Source of the DNA: an uncultured virus (IMG/VR IMGVR_UViG_3300042691_042722)
Taxonomy: Duplodnaviria; Heunggongvirae; Uroviricota; Caudoviricetes
Reading direction: 5' to 3' (one strand)
Virus record (IMG/VR): IMGVR_UViG_3300042691_042722
Length of the DNA: 64,000 bases
The notes below the pieces were generated by a model that was given only the letters and a program-made list of their open reading frames with translations, had not been told where the DNA came from and made no database searches. Every line of letters begins with the position of its first letter. Positions within the stretch are counted from its first letter, which is position 1. Made by a program: the position numbers and the translations under genes. Positions 32,032 to 41,329 of the stretch are shown one piece after another.

Positions 32032-32229
32032 TTATGGGGTTATTGATTGGACCGCACTGTGAGCCATCGCCCACACAAAGAAATAAAACAGCAAGAACAT
32101 CCACACGATCCGGACAAGCCATCCAAAGACTTTCCCAAATACTTTAACTGCGATCCCCAACACGTAGAAGGTGAGGGCGAGAACAACAACTGCTAATACT
32201 ACTGACATATAATATGAATTTAATATCAT
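32032..32229 (-). CDS. small two-TM membrane protein
   Basis: Hydrophobic; TAACTTTG immediately upstream (start may be slightly downstream). Confidence 0.45.
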   Translation of the reverse strand: MILNSYYMSVVLAVVVLALTFYVLGIAVKVFGKVFGWLVRIVWMFLLFYFFVWAMAHSAVQSITP

Positions 32230-32502
32230 ACAAAGTTAGATCATCCGGATCACATAATCAAATATAACTTATCCCCACTTAATTAACATGACAATATAAC
32301 AATGGGGATAACTTTATTTGGTATTGTCAATATGACCGGGGTATGTAGGGTGGCATACCCCCCCTGATACCCTATTGGGGGGTCCCCCCCTCCGTATCCC
32401 CCCTCTTTTAGGACATTCTGACAGGTGTAAAAGGGGGGTTAATCCCCTTTGCAAAGTCTGGACAAATTTTTTGGAAAAATGGACCCCCCTTCTTAAATTA
32501 GC

Positions 32503-33030
32503 CCGGAAATCAGAAAAAAAATTTTTGGAAAATTTTTGGTATTTATGTAATATGAAATTTATTATAACAGAGAATCAAATTAATAGATATAAAAGAAGAA
32601 CTAACTTTATTAGTGAAGTTGTTGAACTGTATATCTCACAATTAAAAAATAAAAAGAATAACTCTGAATATTGTTCAAAATCGTTTGCAACTTTTTATAA
32701 TGGTGTTATATCATCATCTACTTTTGACATTATTAATAGAGATCAAGATGATAGTTTTGAGGGTTTAAATTATATGGAGTATGATCAAATAAGGGAATTC
32801 GTAAAAACATATATTGATAATATTTGGAAAGAAAAATTATTTGAGGTATATAAAAAATATTGTTCAATAGAGTATGATCCAAACGATGATCACACAGAAA
32901 ATTATGATGATATTTGGGGGCCTGATGGTCCTCCCCCACTCCCACGTATTTAACTTTTTCCAAAACTCAACCCCTTATAAAAAAAGTCCGGAAATCGGAA
33001 AAAAAATTTTTGGAAAATTTTTATATTTAT
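32503..33030 (+). repeat. direct repeat (~44 bp; 32503-32546 and 32988-33030) ending in TATTTAT
   Basis: CCGGAAATCrGAAAAAAAATTTTTGGAAAATTTTT..TATTTAT before two successive leader genes. Confidence 0.8.
32552..32953 (+). CDS. MKFIITENQ-leader protein
   Basis: Leader 5 nt after TATTTAT. Confidence 0.7.
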   Translation: MKFIITENQINRYKRRTNFISEVVELYISQLKNKKNNSEYCSKSFATFYNGVISSSTFDIINRDQDDSFEGLNYMEYDQIREFVKTYIDNIWKEKLFEVYKKYCSIEYDPNDDHTENYDDIWGPDGPPPLPRI

Positions 33031-33035
33031 TGGAT

Positions 33036-33416
33036 ATGAAATACATTATAACCGAATCATCTCTGACAAGTTCAGTTGAAAAAATTCTTGATCATGTTGT
33101 TCAAAAAACGCAGAAGATTGTTTTCCCTCATGTAAATATTGGGGAGACTCAAGGAATTATTAAAATAAAAATTCATGATGTTAGATATGGGGGAAAAAAT
33201 GACGATGGGACTTCTAACATTGATGTTGATATACTAATTGAACAATTTTTGGTTAGAGATCCTGAAGATGAAACAAACGAATATTTTGAAGAGGATCCAT
33301 CAATGATACCGGGGCTTTTTCTTCTTCTATATGAGTCAGACATTCAAGATAAGGTTGCAAACTTTATGCCCAATGTTTATCTAACAATTCATTTTTTGGA
33401 TCCGGATGATATTTGA
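33036..33416 (+). CDS. MKYIITES-leader protein
   Basis: Leader 5 nt after TATTTAT; terminator follows. Confidence 0.7.
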   Translation: MKYIITESSLTSSVEKILDHVVQKTQKIVFPHVNIGETQGIIKIKIHDVRYGGKNDDGTSNIDVDILIEQFLVRDPEDETNEYFEEDPSMIPGLFLLLYESDIQDKVANFMPNVYLTIHFLDPDDI

Positions 33417-33477
33417 CCCCCCCCCCTTTAATATAGGGGGTTTTTTATTTCCATATTTTTTTATATCTTTATTCAGT

Positions 33478-33825
33478 ATGAAGGAGCTTGTATATAAATT
33501 TTTGGATAAGTATGCTGGTAATGGATATCAAACAGGTAATAGTACTCCATTGTATGATCCATTTACATTTCAACCTTGTGTGTCTGTTATGTATAGTAGT
33601 GATGGGGGACTTTATATTCTTAGATTAATAAGGAATGATTTGGGAGTTACTTTCAAAGTAAATAACATCCTTGTAGATATTATTATGGGGTTTATACCTG
33701 TTGATGACGAAAATTGTCGTTCATATGTAATAAATTGGTTCTGTGATAGAAATAAAATTAAAAAGGAAGATTTGATATCTAATTACATTAAAGAAACCGA
33801 AAAGTTATTTCCCGCCGTGTATTGA
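33478..33825 (+). CDS. hypothetical protein
   Basis: ATG at 33478; VYKFLDK..INWF family pattern. Confidence 0.55.
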   Translation: MKELVYKFLDKYAGNGYQTGNSTPLYDPFTFQPCVSVMYSSDGGLYILRLIRNDLGVTFKVNNILVDIIMGFIPVDDENCRSYVINWFCDRNKIKKEDLISNYIKETEKLFPAVY

Positions 33826-33915
33826 TAAACCGGACCCCGACTCTCGTCGTCTCCCTTCGGTCGGCATCAAATCCCCCCGCCCCCTTTTTTTTTGGATGGT
33901 GATATTTATGTAATA

Positions 33916-34608
33916 ATGAATTTACAAGAACAGAAACATAGGATAAAAGAAATAATGGGATTAATTTTTGAAGATCAGCAAAAAGAATTAACCCTTATTA
34001 AAAATAAAATTTCATCTCTGAAAAGTGTTGATGAAATAAATAATTATTTTGAAGAGTTAAATGAAAAATATGCTCCGGATTCATCGAAATTGGTTTTGAT
34101 TTTTCCGGGTTATGGTCAATACACAATTGCGGCCACCGCAATTTTTTTGGCCGGAATCAACGCCCATGTCTTTACATCCATTAATGATTGTATTGATGTA
34201 ATTAATAATTTGGTATCAAAAGGAAAAAAATATCTACAGATATATGTTGGATCACATGGTGGAGGTCATGAGGGTTTATTAAGGACAATTGACGAAGAAG
34301 ATGATGTTTCAATATTTAATGGGTTTTCCAGTTCTCTTGCTCAGTTAACAATTCCAAATAAAACTCTTATTCTTTTTTCCGCTTGTGGGGGTGCTAATGA
34401 TATTTCTTCGGGTTACATTTTGAAAAAAATTGCAGAGGAGACCGAATCTTATGTATATGCTTCCGAAGGTAATTTTAATTGGGTTGATAATAAATCTGAA
34501 GGAACTTTATGGATGTGCCCGCCAAATCCTAAATTGCATGGTAAGTATGCCACTAAAGAATATAATTTTTGTTATAAAGTAAGTTCCGCACCATTTAATT
34601 TTCGTTAA
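33916..34608 (+). CDS. leader + caspase/CHAT-like (clan CD) fold candidate
   Basis: MNLQEQKHRIKEIMG; IYVGSHG ... ILFSAC His-Cys dyad pattern. Confidence 0.45.
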   Translation: MNLQEQKHRIKEIMGLIFEDQQKELTLIKNKISSLKSVDEINNYFEELNEKYAPDSSKLVLIFPGYGQYTIAATAIFLAGINAHVFTSINDCIDVINNLVSKGKKYLQIYVGSHGGGHEGLLRTIDEEDDVSIFNGFSSSLAQLTIPNKTLILFSACGGANDISSGYILKKIAEETESYVYASEGNFNWVDNKSEGTLWMCPPNPKLHGKYATKEYNFCYKVSSAPFNFR

Positions 34609-34659
34609 TTATAATTCCCCTTTTTTTTTGGATGATAATATTTATTATAAAATAATTTT

Positions 34660-35406
34660 ATGAACAGAAGTTATAGTAAAATAAGACACATTCAAGAATC
34701 TAATAGAATATTGGAAAGTAGATTAATTAAATCTGTATTGAGCGAAAAAAGAATACCAAATGCTGGTGGAATGGCTGATATTGTGGATTTGCAAACTTGG
34801 ATTTTGGAGTACGAAATAGATGAAGGAATTGCCGTATTCATTGATAATCCAAGTGGATGTAAAAAACCATATTATACTCTATATGATCCAGGTTTTCCAA
34901 ATCAATGCATGATAACGGGATCAACTTTATGTTCTCCCGGCAAACCATGTTATCAAAAACAAGCTGTGGACGGAATATATGGTAAGTTGACTCAAGCGGC
35001 GTTTGATAAGTATGCTGATGTGATTAAAGATGTTGATGGACAAACACTTGCAGACAATTTTAATGATCCAAATTATGATACTGCTAAAAAGATTCCAATG
35101 TGGTCTAATTCGCGAACTTTAGACTATCAAATACCTGTGACAATGGACACAATAAAAGGTTTTCAATATTGGGTGTGGAAATCTGTGGAAAAAGATAATG
35201 AAAGTTCTTGTGATTCTAATGGTAAAAATTGCTCATATAAAAGTATATTATGTGGTGATAATTTTTGTAAAAAAGATAAAGCGGTTGATGGATCGTGGGG
35301 AACAAATACCAAAAAAGCTTGGAAAAAATATAAAGAACAATATTATGATGAAGGACATGATGTTACATCAACATATGATAAAATGTATAAATATTTAAAT
35401 GAATAA
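34660..35406 (+). CDS. leader + two Cys-containing peptidoglycan-binding-like repeats
   Basis: AVDGIYGKLT..A and AVDGSWGTNT..A. Confidence 0.6.
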   Translation: MNRSYSKIRHIQESNRILESRLIKSVLSEKRIPNAGGMADIVDLQTWILEYEIDEGIAVFIDNPSGCKKPYYTLYDPGFPNQCMITGSTLCSPGKPCYQKQAVDGIYGKLTQAAFDKYADVIKDVDGQTLADNFNDPNYDTAKKIPMWSNSRTLDYQIPVTMDTIKGFQYWVWKSVEKDNESSCDSNGKNCSYKSILCGDNFCKKDKAVDGSWGTNTKKAWKKYKEQYYDEGHDVTSTYDKMYKYLNE

Positions 35407-35485
35407 GATTTTTATATAAAATTTATTTTGGATAACCCCCATCTTTATCGGAGGGGGTTTTTATTTTATATGATATTTATATGAT

Positions 35486-35830
35486 ATGAAATATATTATT
35501 GGCGAATCGCAATATAAAAGGGTTATTAAAGAAGGAGATGGATTATATTCATATATTGGAACATGCGTAAATTCTTTCAACAAATACGGAGAATGCAAAC
35601 ATGACGCATTTCATGACGAAGAGCATTTTTTTAATTCTTGGGAAAACGCAAAAGAAATATCAAAAAAAGAATTTTGGAAACATATTAATCCGGGTAGTGA
35701 GAAATATAAAAAATTAAAAAAACTAGAAATGGATCCTGAATATCCTGCGGAATATAGATACTCCGAGGAAGATGACATATATTACATATTTGTTAATGAA
35801 GATACCCACTATTTTTTTGTTAGAGAATGA
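35486..35830 (+). CDS. MKYIIGESQ-leader protein
   Basis: Leader 5 nt after TATTTAT. Confidence 0.7.
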   Translation: MKYIIGESQYKRVIKEGDGLYSYIGTCVNSFNKYGECKHDAFHDEEHFFNSWENAKEISKKEFWKHINPGSEKYKKLKKLEMDPEYPAEYRYSEEDDIYYIFVNEDTHYFFVRE

Positions 35831-35844
35831 TTTAATTCCTTTTT

Positions 35845-36021
35845 TTGGATGATAATATCTATATATTATGTGGAAATAAATTTTGTAAAAGAGATAAAGC
35901 GGTTGATGGTTATCGGGGACCGGATACAAAAAAAGCTTGGGAACAATATAAAAACTCATATTATAAAGAAGGATATAGCGTAGAGTCAAAATTTGAGGAT
36001 ATGCATAGGAATTTTCGTTGA
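35845..36021 (+). pseudogene. internally deleted paralog remnant of 34660..35406
   Basis: Encodes ILCGNKFCKRDKAVDGYRGPDTKKAWEQYK, matching the C-terminus of 34660; no upstream in-frame ATG. Confidence 0.65.
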
Positions 36022-36094
36022 AAAAACTTTCATTATATGACTCCTCCAAAAAGAGAGGTTTTTTATTTTTAAAATATTTCCATATTTTTGTGTT

Positions 36095-36382
36095 ATGGAA
36101 AAAATTATTGAAAAATTCTTTGCTGTGGGTGAGGTGGTTAAGATGGACCATAAGGTTGCATATTCTATGGGTAACATGTATGGCAAGGTTCAGTTATTTC
36201 CGAAGAAAACTAAGATTTTTTTTAAAGATGAATATCAATATGTCGGTGTATTTGATAATGAATACCAAGGTATTGTTGATGTTACTTATTATTTCAAGGT
36301 TTTTTTTAAATACACCGGTATCAAACCAATTGAATTATATAGATTTGTTGTAAAACAGTACGAGATGCGGTTGATCTCATAA
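36095..36382 (+). CDS. hypothetical protein
   Basis: ATG 4 nt after TATTTTTG. Confidence 0.55.
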   Translation: MEKIIEKFFAVGEVVKMDHKVAYSMGNMYGKVQLFPKKTKIFFKDEYQYVGVFDNEYQGIVDVTYYFKVFFKYTGIKPIELYRFVVKQYEMRLIS

Positions 36383-36434
36383 AAAAATTTGAATTTTTTA
36401 TTTTTTTGGAATATTTATTTGTAAATAAAATTTT

Positions 36435-36719
36435 ATGAATAGAGTACATCGTTTAACCGAAAGAGATTTAAATAGATTAGTAAGAAGAGTTATAAGTGAA
36501 CAAGATTCAATTCCGCCAAGGAATAAAGTTAGTCAAGGATCACAATCTTTACCTGATTGCAAACAATTCATCATCAGAAATGCAAAAGGTGGTGACAGAC
36601 GCCCCGGATCATCTCCGATGTTGAATAATGTTAATGTTGAATATTTCATTGATGGTGGACCGGGAAATGAAACAATTTTCATTCACGTCAATGGAAGAAG
36701 AGCTTGTAAAATGAGATAA
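36435..36719 (+). CDS. RLTERDL-leader protein
   Basis: Leader; TATTTAT upstream; terminator downstream. Confidence 0.7.
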   Translation: MNRVHRLTERDLNRLVRRVISEQDSIPPRNKVSQGSQSLPDCKQFIIRNAKGGDRRPGSSPMLNNVNVEYFIDGGPGNETIFIHVNGRRACKMR

Positions 36720-36791
36720 TCTATTAAATATAATTTGTATCTACCCCTCCCATAAAGAGGGGTTTTTTAATTTTAAGTATATTTATATGAT

Positions 36792-37970
36792 ATGAAATTT
36801 ATTATAACAGAAAGACAATATAATAAGATCTCAAAAAGAAATATTTTTATTTTGGAATCAGAGGTTAAGGACGACCCCTTCGGTTGGAAGGAAATGGTCA
36901 AACACTATGGTAAAAAACCTTATGAAAAAAAATTCGAGGGTTGGAGTAAAATTCTCAAAGTATTTGATATAACTATTGATGGTCTTCCAGTTATGGTGCT
37001 AAGTAATTATCAATTGTGGGCAAAGGATACAGAAATTCTTATTGGTAATTGGAGATGGACTCCTTACGGCGGTTTTGAGCTTGAAACTGATAAAGAACAA
37101 ATAAATAGGTTAAAAATTCGAAAAAACCTAGAAGACGCAGCTTCTTATTGGGGAGGTACAAAGGCGAAAATTTTTGTAGACAATATTAGACAAATTAAAA
37201 CAAAGTATGATATTTTTGTGATGGAAGACGAAGAGTGGCTTATAAAACTTATCAAAAGGGAATTTGATCCCAAAGATAAGGATGATCAGTATTGGTTAAA
37301 AGAAATTGATAAACATTTTTATAAACAAATGAATATCATAACAAATTTCGCGAGTGGAAAACATAACAATGACAAATCTTTAGGTGAGCCTGAACCAACT
37401 AAAACACCTACACAACCAAAAACTATTGCAAAAGAAAATAAAGAAGGGTGGGAAGAAATTAAAAAATATTATAAGGCAACACCATTAAAAAAACAATGGG
37501 GTAAGGAACTTTATGAACTAATTGAAATAACACACCAAGGTAAGAAATTTTTTCTAAGGAATGATGGTGAAATAACTAATTCAAATATAACTTTGAGAGT
37601 AGGTAATTGGTCTTGGAAAAACAACAAACCCATTCTTAAAGGATTGGAACCCACAACAAAATCGGTTGGTTACATCAAAGGAGAAGAAGATGAGTGTGAA
37701 AAATCATTTTGTGAAGAAGATAAAATTGTTGGTCGTGGTGCTAGTGGTTATTGTGTGAAACAAATACAAACAAGATTATTGATATTCGTTGATGGAATAC
37801 AAATAACTAAAGACTTGCAAGGTTGTAAAAAAGATTCAGAACTTTGTGATGGGGTATATGGTAAAGAAACAGAAAAAGCTGTAATCCAATTCCAAAGAAA
37901 AAAAGGTATAAGTGATGATGGAGTTGTAGGTTGTCAGACATGGCAACATTTAGATTCAAGATTTGACTGA
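36792..37970 (+). CDS. leader + annexin-like + C-terminal peptidoglycan-binding protein
   Basis: MKFIITERQY; domain shared with 5444; DGVYGKET..AV..FQ...DGVVG..T. Confidence 0.7.
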   Translation: MKFIITERQYNKISKRNIFILESEVKDDPFGWKEMVKHYGKKPYEKKFEGWSKILKVFDITIDGLPVMVLSNYQLWAKDTEILIGNWRWTPYGGFELETDKEQINRLKIRKNLEDAASYWGGTKAKIFVDNIRQIKTKYDIFVMEDEEWLIKLIKREFDPKDKDDQYWLKEIDKHFYKQMNIITNFASGKHNNDKSLGEPEPTKTPTQPKTIAKENKEGWEEIKKYYKATPLKKQWGKELYELIEITHQGKKFFLRNDGEITNSNITLRVGNWSWKNNKPILKGLEPTTKSVGYIKGEEDECEKSFCEEDKIVGRGASGYCVKQIQTRLLIFVDGIQITKDLQGCKKDSELCDGVYGKETEKAVIQFQRKKGISDDGVVGCQTWQHLDSRFD

Positions 37971-38035
37971 ATCATTTAGTTGAATAAATCCCCCATTTGA
38001 TAAAGGTTTTTTATTTGATGTAATATTTATAGATT

Positions 38036-38533
38036 ATGAATATAGAAACAATACCTAACAAGTCATTATATAAAATGGCCGTGAACTTTATTAAAAAACA
38101 CGGAGATGGTATAAATGATTTATATGATTCATATTTGAATGATAAAACTGATTTTGGAGTTGAAATGACCGAATTTTTAAAATCTTTGGGATTTTCGGAT
38201 TCATCTGAAGAATATTTTTATATGTTTTTGAAGTTGAATTATGAAAATATAGTAGATGGAAGTTTGACTAATTATACAATTCTGAAAAGACCTGTTTTGA
38301 AAACCTATTCATTTATTTGGGAAACAAGACAAATTCAAACAGTTGGTGTAGATTATAAACATACATATAATACATATTTGGATGAAGATCAGGCTTACTC
38401 GGCTATTGAAGTTATGAGATATAACGGAGAAATTTATCCGGGTGATGGAGAGGAAATTAAGTACGAACTTTATGATTCTGATATGGATGAAGAATCTATA
38501 GAAAAATTCAAAGAAGTAAAAAAAAGAAAATAA
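38036..38533 (+). CDS. hypothetical protein, paralog of 60619
   Basis: Similar N-terminus and acidic C-terminus. Confidence 0.65.
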   Translation: MNIETIPNKSLYKMAVNFIKKHGDGINDLYDSYLNDKTDFGVEMTEFLKSLGFSDSSEEYFYMFLKLNYENIVDGSLTNYTILKRPVLKTYSFIWETRQIQTVGVDYKHTYNTYLDEDQAYSAIEVMRYNGEIYPGDGEEIKYELYDSDMDEESIEKFKEVKKRK

Positions 38534-38602
38534 TATCAACCCTCTGAATAAAATTGGGTTTTATTTATTTAAATGATATTTATATATAAATAAAAAAAAA
38601 CA

Positions 38603-39010
38603 ATGAAACATTTATTTAACGATATTTCAAAATCTGAAAAAAATAGAATACTGGAAATGCATGGTGTAAAAAGAGTTTTGATTGAAGATGAAGAAAAAAA
38701 ATCAGATAAAGCCGATCCCAAATTAGATGAAATTGATAATTACCTGAAAGGTAAAAATTACAATAAGACAAAAAATGGATATATAACAAGATGGGAAAAG
38801 ACTCAAGGAAGTTTAGAAAAAGGAAAAACCAAATATGAAATAGAACATGATGGCGATCCTAAAGGTTCTTGGAGAAGTAGTAACGGTAAATCAGGAACCG
38901 GAGCTTACATCAGTATTTGTATAGGAAAGGTTGAATGTGATAAAGTATTTGATACGATAGGTATGTCAGATTTCTCTATGGAGAAATTCAAAAAAATGAT
39001 TGATGTATAA
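38603..39010 (+). CDS. SEKNRILEMH-leader protein
   Basis: Leader; TATTTAT upstream. Confidence 0.7.
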   Translation: MKHLFNDISKSEKNRILEMHGVKRVLIEDEEKKSDKADPKLDEIDNYLKGKNYNKTKNGYITRWEKTQGSLEKGKTKYEIEHDGDPKGSWRSSNGKSGTGAYISICIGKVECDKVFDTIGMSDFSMEKFKKMIDV

Positions 39011-39046
39011 TTGGAATAATCTGATATTTATATTAAAAATATTACT

Positions 39047-39490
39047 ATGGGAAAAATTATAAGATTGACAGAAAGAGAATTAACAAGTATAATAAAAAGA
39101 ATGGTTAGTGAGGTATCGGCAGATACTTTCAAAAGTGCCGTAAACCTTTCAAAAGAAAGAGGGACAGATAAAAGAACCACTAAATTAGGTAAATTATATT
39201 ATGATAAATTCATTGGTAAACCTCTGATGGGTGGAGAAATCACAGATATTAATGTTTCTAAACCAAGTCAGGGTGATTATTTTATAGTAACTATAAAATA
39301 TGAAAAAGAAAATGATGGAGAAAGAGCAATAAAATATATTGAATATGATGTTGATAATGATGAATTTAACATTAATAGACCGATTGAAAGATCTGATGCA
39401 AGAGTTTTATCTTTAATTGCAAAACACATTAATCCCGATACGAAATATGAAAAGACCGGGCAACATTTTTCTATTAAAGGTTGGCAATAA
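39047..39490 (+). CDS. IIRLTEREL-leader protein
   Basis: Leader; TATTTAT upstream. Confidence 0.7.
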   Translation: MGKIIRLTERELTSIIKRMVSEVSADTFKSAVNLSKERGTDKRTTKLGKLYYDKFIGKPLMGGEITDINVSKPSQGDYFIVTIKYEKENDGERAIKYIEYDVDNDEFNINRPIERSDARVLSLIAKHINPDTKYEKTGQHFSIKGWQ

Positions 39491-39597
39491 TGGCAAAGAG
39501 AAAGAAAAAACTACATAAGTTAAAAAATAGGAAGTCAACCATCAAAACTTTAAAGAGAATTACTGAGAATCTGAAAGTTTTGAATAGAATCGCATAA
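39490..39597 (+). CDS. small basic protein (35 aa)
   Basis: TAATG overlap; MAKRKKKLHKLKNRK; ends before a terminator. Confidence 0.45.
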   Translation: MAKRKKKLHKLKNRKSTIKTLKRITENLKVLNRIA

Positions 39598-39599
39598 AA

Positions 39600-39624
39600 A
39601 AAACCACCATTTAGGTGGTTTTTC
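39600..39624. terminator. bidirectional intrinsic terminator
   Basis: AAAACCACC-attta-GGTGGTTTTT between convergent genes. Confidence 0.75.
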
Positions 39625-39639
39625 ATTTTAAATTATTAA

Positions 39640-39801
39640 TTATTTTTCAATAGGTTTTTCATCCTGATCTTTGATATCTGTATCAACTTCAGAAAAACCA
39701 CCTGATCCGCCACTTGTTCCTGTTGTTTTTTTGTTAGATTTAACAACAAAAATAACAACTAAAATAATTAAAATTAACACTGAAATAATCGGAACTACCA
39801 T
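39640..39801 (-). CDS. small single-TM protein
   Basis: N-terminal hydrophobic helix; TATTTAT upstream. Confidence 0.55.
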   Translation of the reverse strand: MVVPIISVLILIILVVIFVVKSNKKTTGTSGGSGGFSEVDTDIKDQDEKPIEK

Positions 39802-39861
39802 GATAAATTTTATTATAAATATATGTTTTTTCACATTTTAATATATTTATAATAAAAAAAT

Positions 39862-40188
39862 ATGGCAAAGAAAATTATTAGATTGACTGAATCTGAGTTA
39901 GTTAATTTAGTTTCAAAAATTTTAAAAGAAGAAGCTTTAGATGGTGATCCATTAAAGGAATGTATAAAAAAACAAATTCCAAATTTTGATAAAGAGGTTC
40001 CTCAACCTTGTATTGAATTATTTAAAAGTGCGGCAGATCTAAACTTGACAATGATACTTAAAAATGGATTTGCTTGCGCTAAAGGATTAGGATTGACAGG
40101 ATTTAATTGGGCTCAAAATCTTAAGGTTATTTACGATTGCTATAAAGAAAAAAATAAAGGGGGATATAAACCACCGGTAATGTATTAA
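39862..40188 (+). CDS. IIRLTESEL-leader protein
   Basis: Leader; TATTTAT upstream. Confidence 0.7.
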   Translation: MAKKIIRLTESELVNLVSKILKEEALDGDPLKECIKKQIPNFDKEVPQPCIELFKSAADLNLTMILKNGFACAKGLGLTGFNWAQNLKVIYDCYKEKNKGGYKPPVMY

Positions 40189-40198
40189 AAAAAAATAT

Positions 40199-41008
40199 AT
40201 GAAAAATATAAATGAAGAAATCAAAAGGTTTAAAGATTTAACTAACCATGAAAGAGGTAGAGTTATTTCAGAACAAAAAAAAGTTGATAACTTAATCAGA
40301 AGTGTTCTTAATGAAGCTAGTTTTCTACCATGTATCCAAGACGGAGAAGGTCTTTGTAAAATTAAGTGTAGAATTAAACAAGCAAAAAAAGGTTGTCCAA
40401 AAAGTAAAGAAGTAAAAGAAATTCAACATGCATTGGCTAAATTAGGATATTTCGAAGGAGAAGGTGGAGGTATGAGTAAGGAATGTGCAACCAATGTTGA
40501 AGCTTGTGATGGAATTTTTGATTGGAGAACAAAAAAGGCTGTTGAGGATTTTCAAACAGATAAAGGATTGACAAAAGATGGTGCGGTAGGTGAACAAACT
40601 ATCACAGCTTTGATAAATCCAACATGTGAATGTCAGAAAGAAACAACAACCGGTGGTGAGCAAGGTGGATCAGGAGGCAGGGATGGTACCATAACCGATT
40701 CAGAATGTCAAAGATATAAAGATTGTATTTCAAAACATATAAAACAGGGTGTTCCTGATATTCCCAATTTGTTGAAATGTTTGGGTTTAGATGAATTTGT
40801 AGAACAACAAGGTGGAGATAAAATTGAGCAACTACCCTCATATTGTGTTATTGATTGTCAGCCCAAACCCGCTGATAATGTGGAATTACAAAATTTGAAA
40901 AAAATATGTTGTGGGTCAAAAGATTTCAAATCGGAAGGTTGTAAATCTTTAATAAAATACTTTTTAAAAGATTTAGCGGGTTGTCCAAATGTAAAATTTG
41001 TATATTAA
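40199..41008 (+). CDS. leader + Cys-rich peptidoglycan-binding protein
   Basis: VKEIQHALAKLGY..DGIF...TKKAVEDFQ..KGL..DG.VG.QT..AL. Confidence 0.75.
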   Translation: MKNINEEIKRFKDLTNHERGRVISEQKKVDNLIRSVLNEASFLPCIQDGEGLCKIKCRIKQAKKGCPKSKEVKEIQHALAKLGYFEGEGGGMSKECATNVEACDGIFDWRTKKAVEDFQTDKGLTKDGAVGEQTITALINPTCECQKETTTGGEQGGSGGRDGTITDSECQRYKDCISKHIKQGVPDIPNLLKCLGLDEFVEQQGGDKIEQLPSYCVIDCQPKPADNVELQNLKKICCGSKDFKSEGCKSLIKYFLKDLAGCPNVKFVY

Positions 41009-41080
41009 AAATAATCAAACCATTAATTACCCACCCATAATAAGGTGGGTTTTTTTATTTTCATTTATATTTATATTAAT

Positions 41081-41329
41081 ATGAAAGAGGATAAAAGTAT
41101 TGCATTAGAGAAAGTATTGAATGTTTTTTTGAAAAAAAAATTTCCACATATAAAAGAATTTTATGTTAATTGTGATGAAGATAATCGGTGTGAAGTCGGA
41201 ATAAACATAACCTATAATGATCTTTTGGATACCGATCAGTCAGAATTAGAAAATGAAGTTAAACGTCTCTCAAGAATGATCCTCACAGATAAAGGTGAAA
41301 GAGTAAACAGAATTTTTTTTTATGAATAA
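41081..41329 (+). CDS. hypothetical protein
   Basis: TATTTAT 6 nt upstream; KKKFPHI motif family. Confidence 0.6.
   Translation: MKEDKSIALEKVLNVFLKKKFPHIKEFYVNCDEDNRCEVGINITYNDLLDTDQSELENEVKRLSRMILTDKGERVNRIFFYE

Larger units (their letters stand above)
30790..32500. other. mostly non-coding region rich in palindromes and DnaA-box-like motifs (candidate origin or genome end)
   Basis: TTATCCACA at 31561 plus several one-mismatch copies; inverted repeats; local C-run to G-run switch. Confidence 0.45.

Noticed and set aside
32375..32551. Upstream extensions of track ORFs (also 6298, 10432, 19114, 32874, 56179, 58130)
   Set aside because: Promoter motifs and leader sequences point to downstream starts.
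32552..41008. Integron attC cassette array
   Set aside because: Gene-terminator-promoter units look cassette-like, but no attC GTTRRRY/RYYYAAC pairs or integrase were seen; the hairpins are ordinary terminators.
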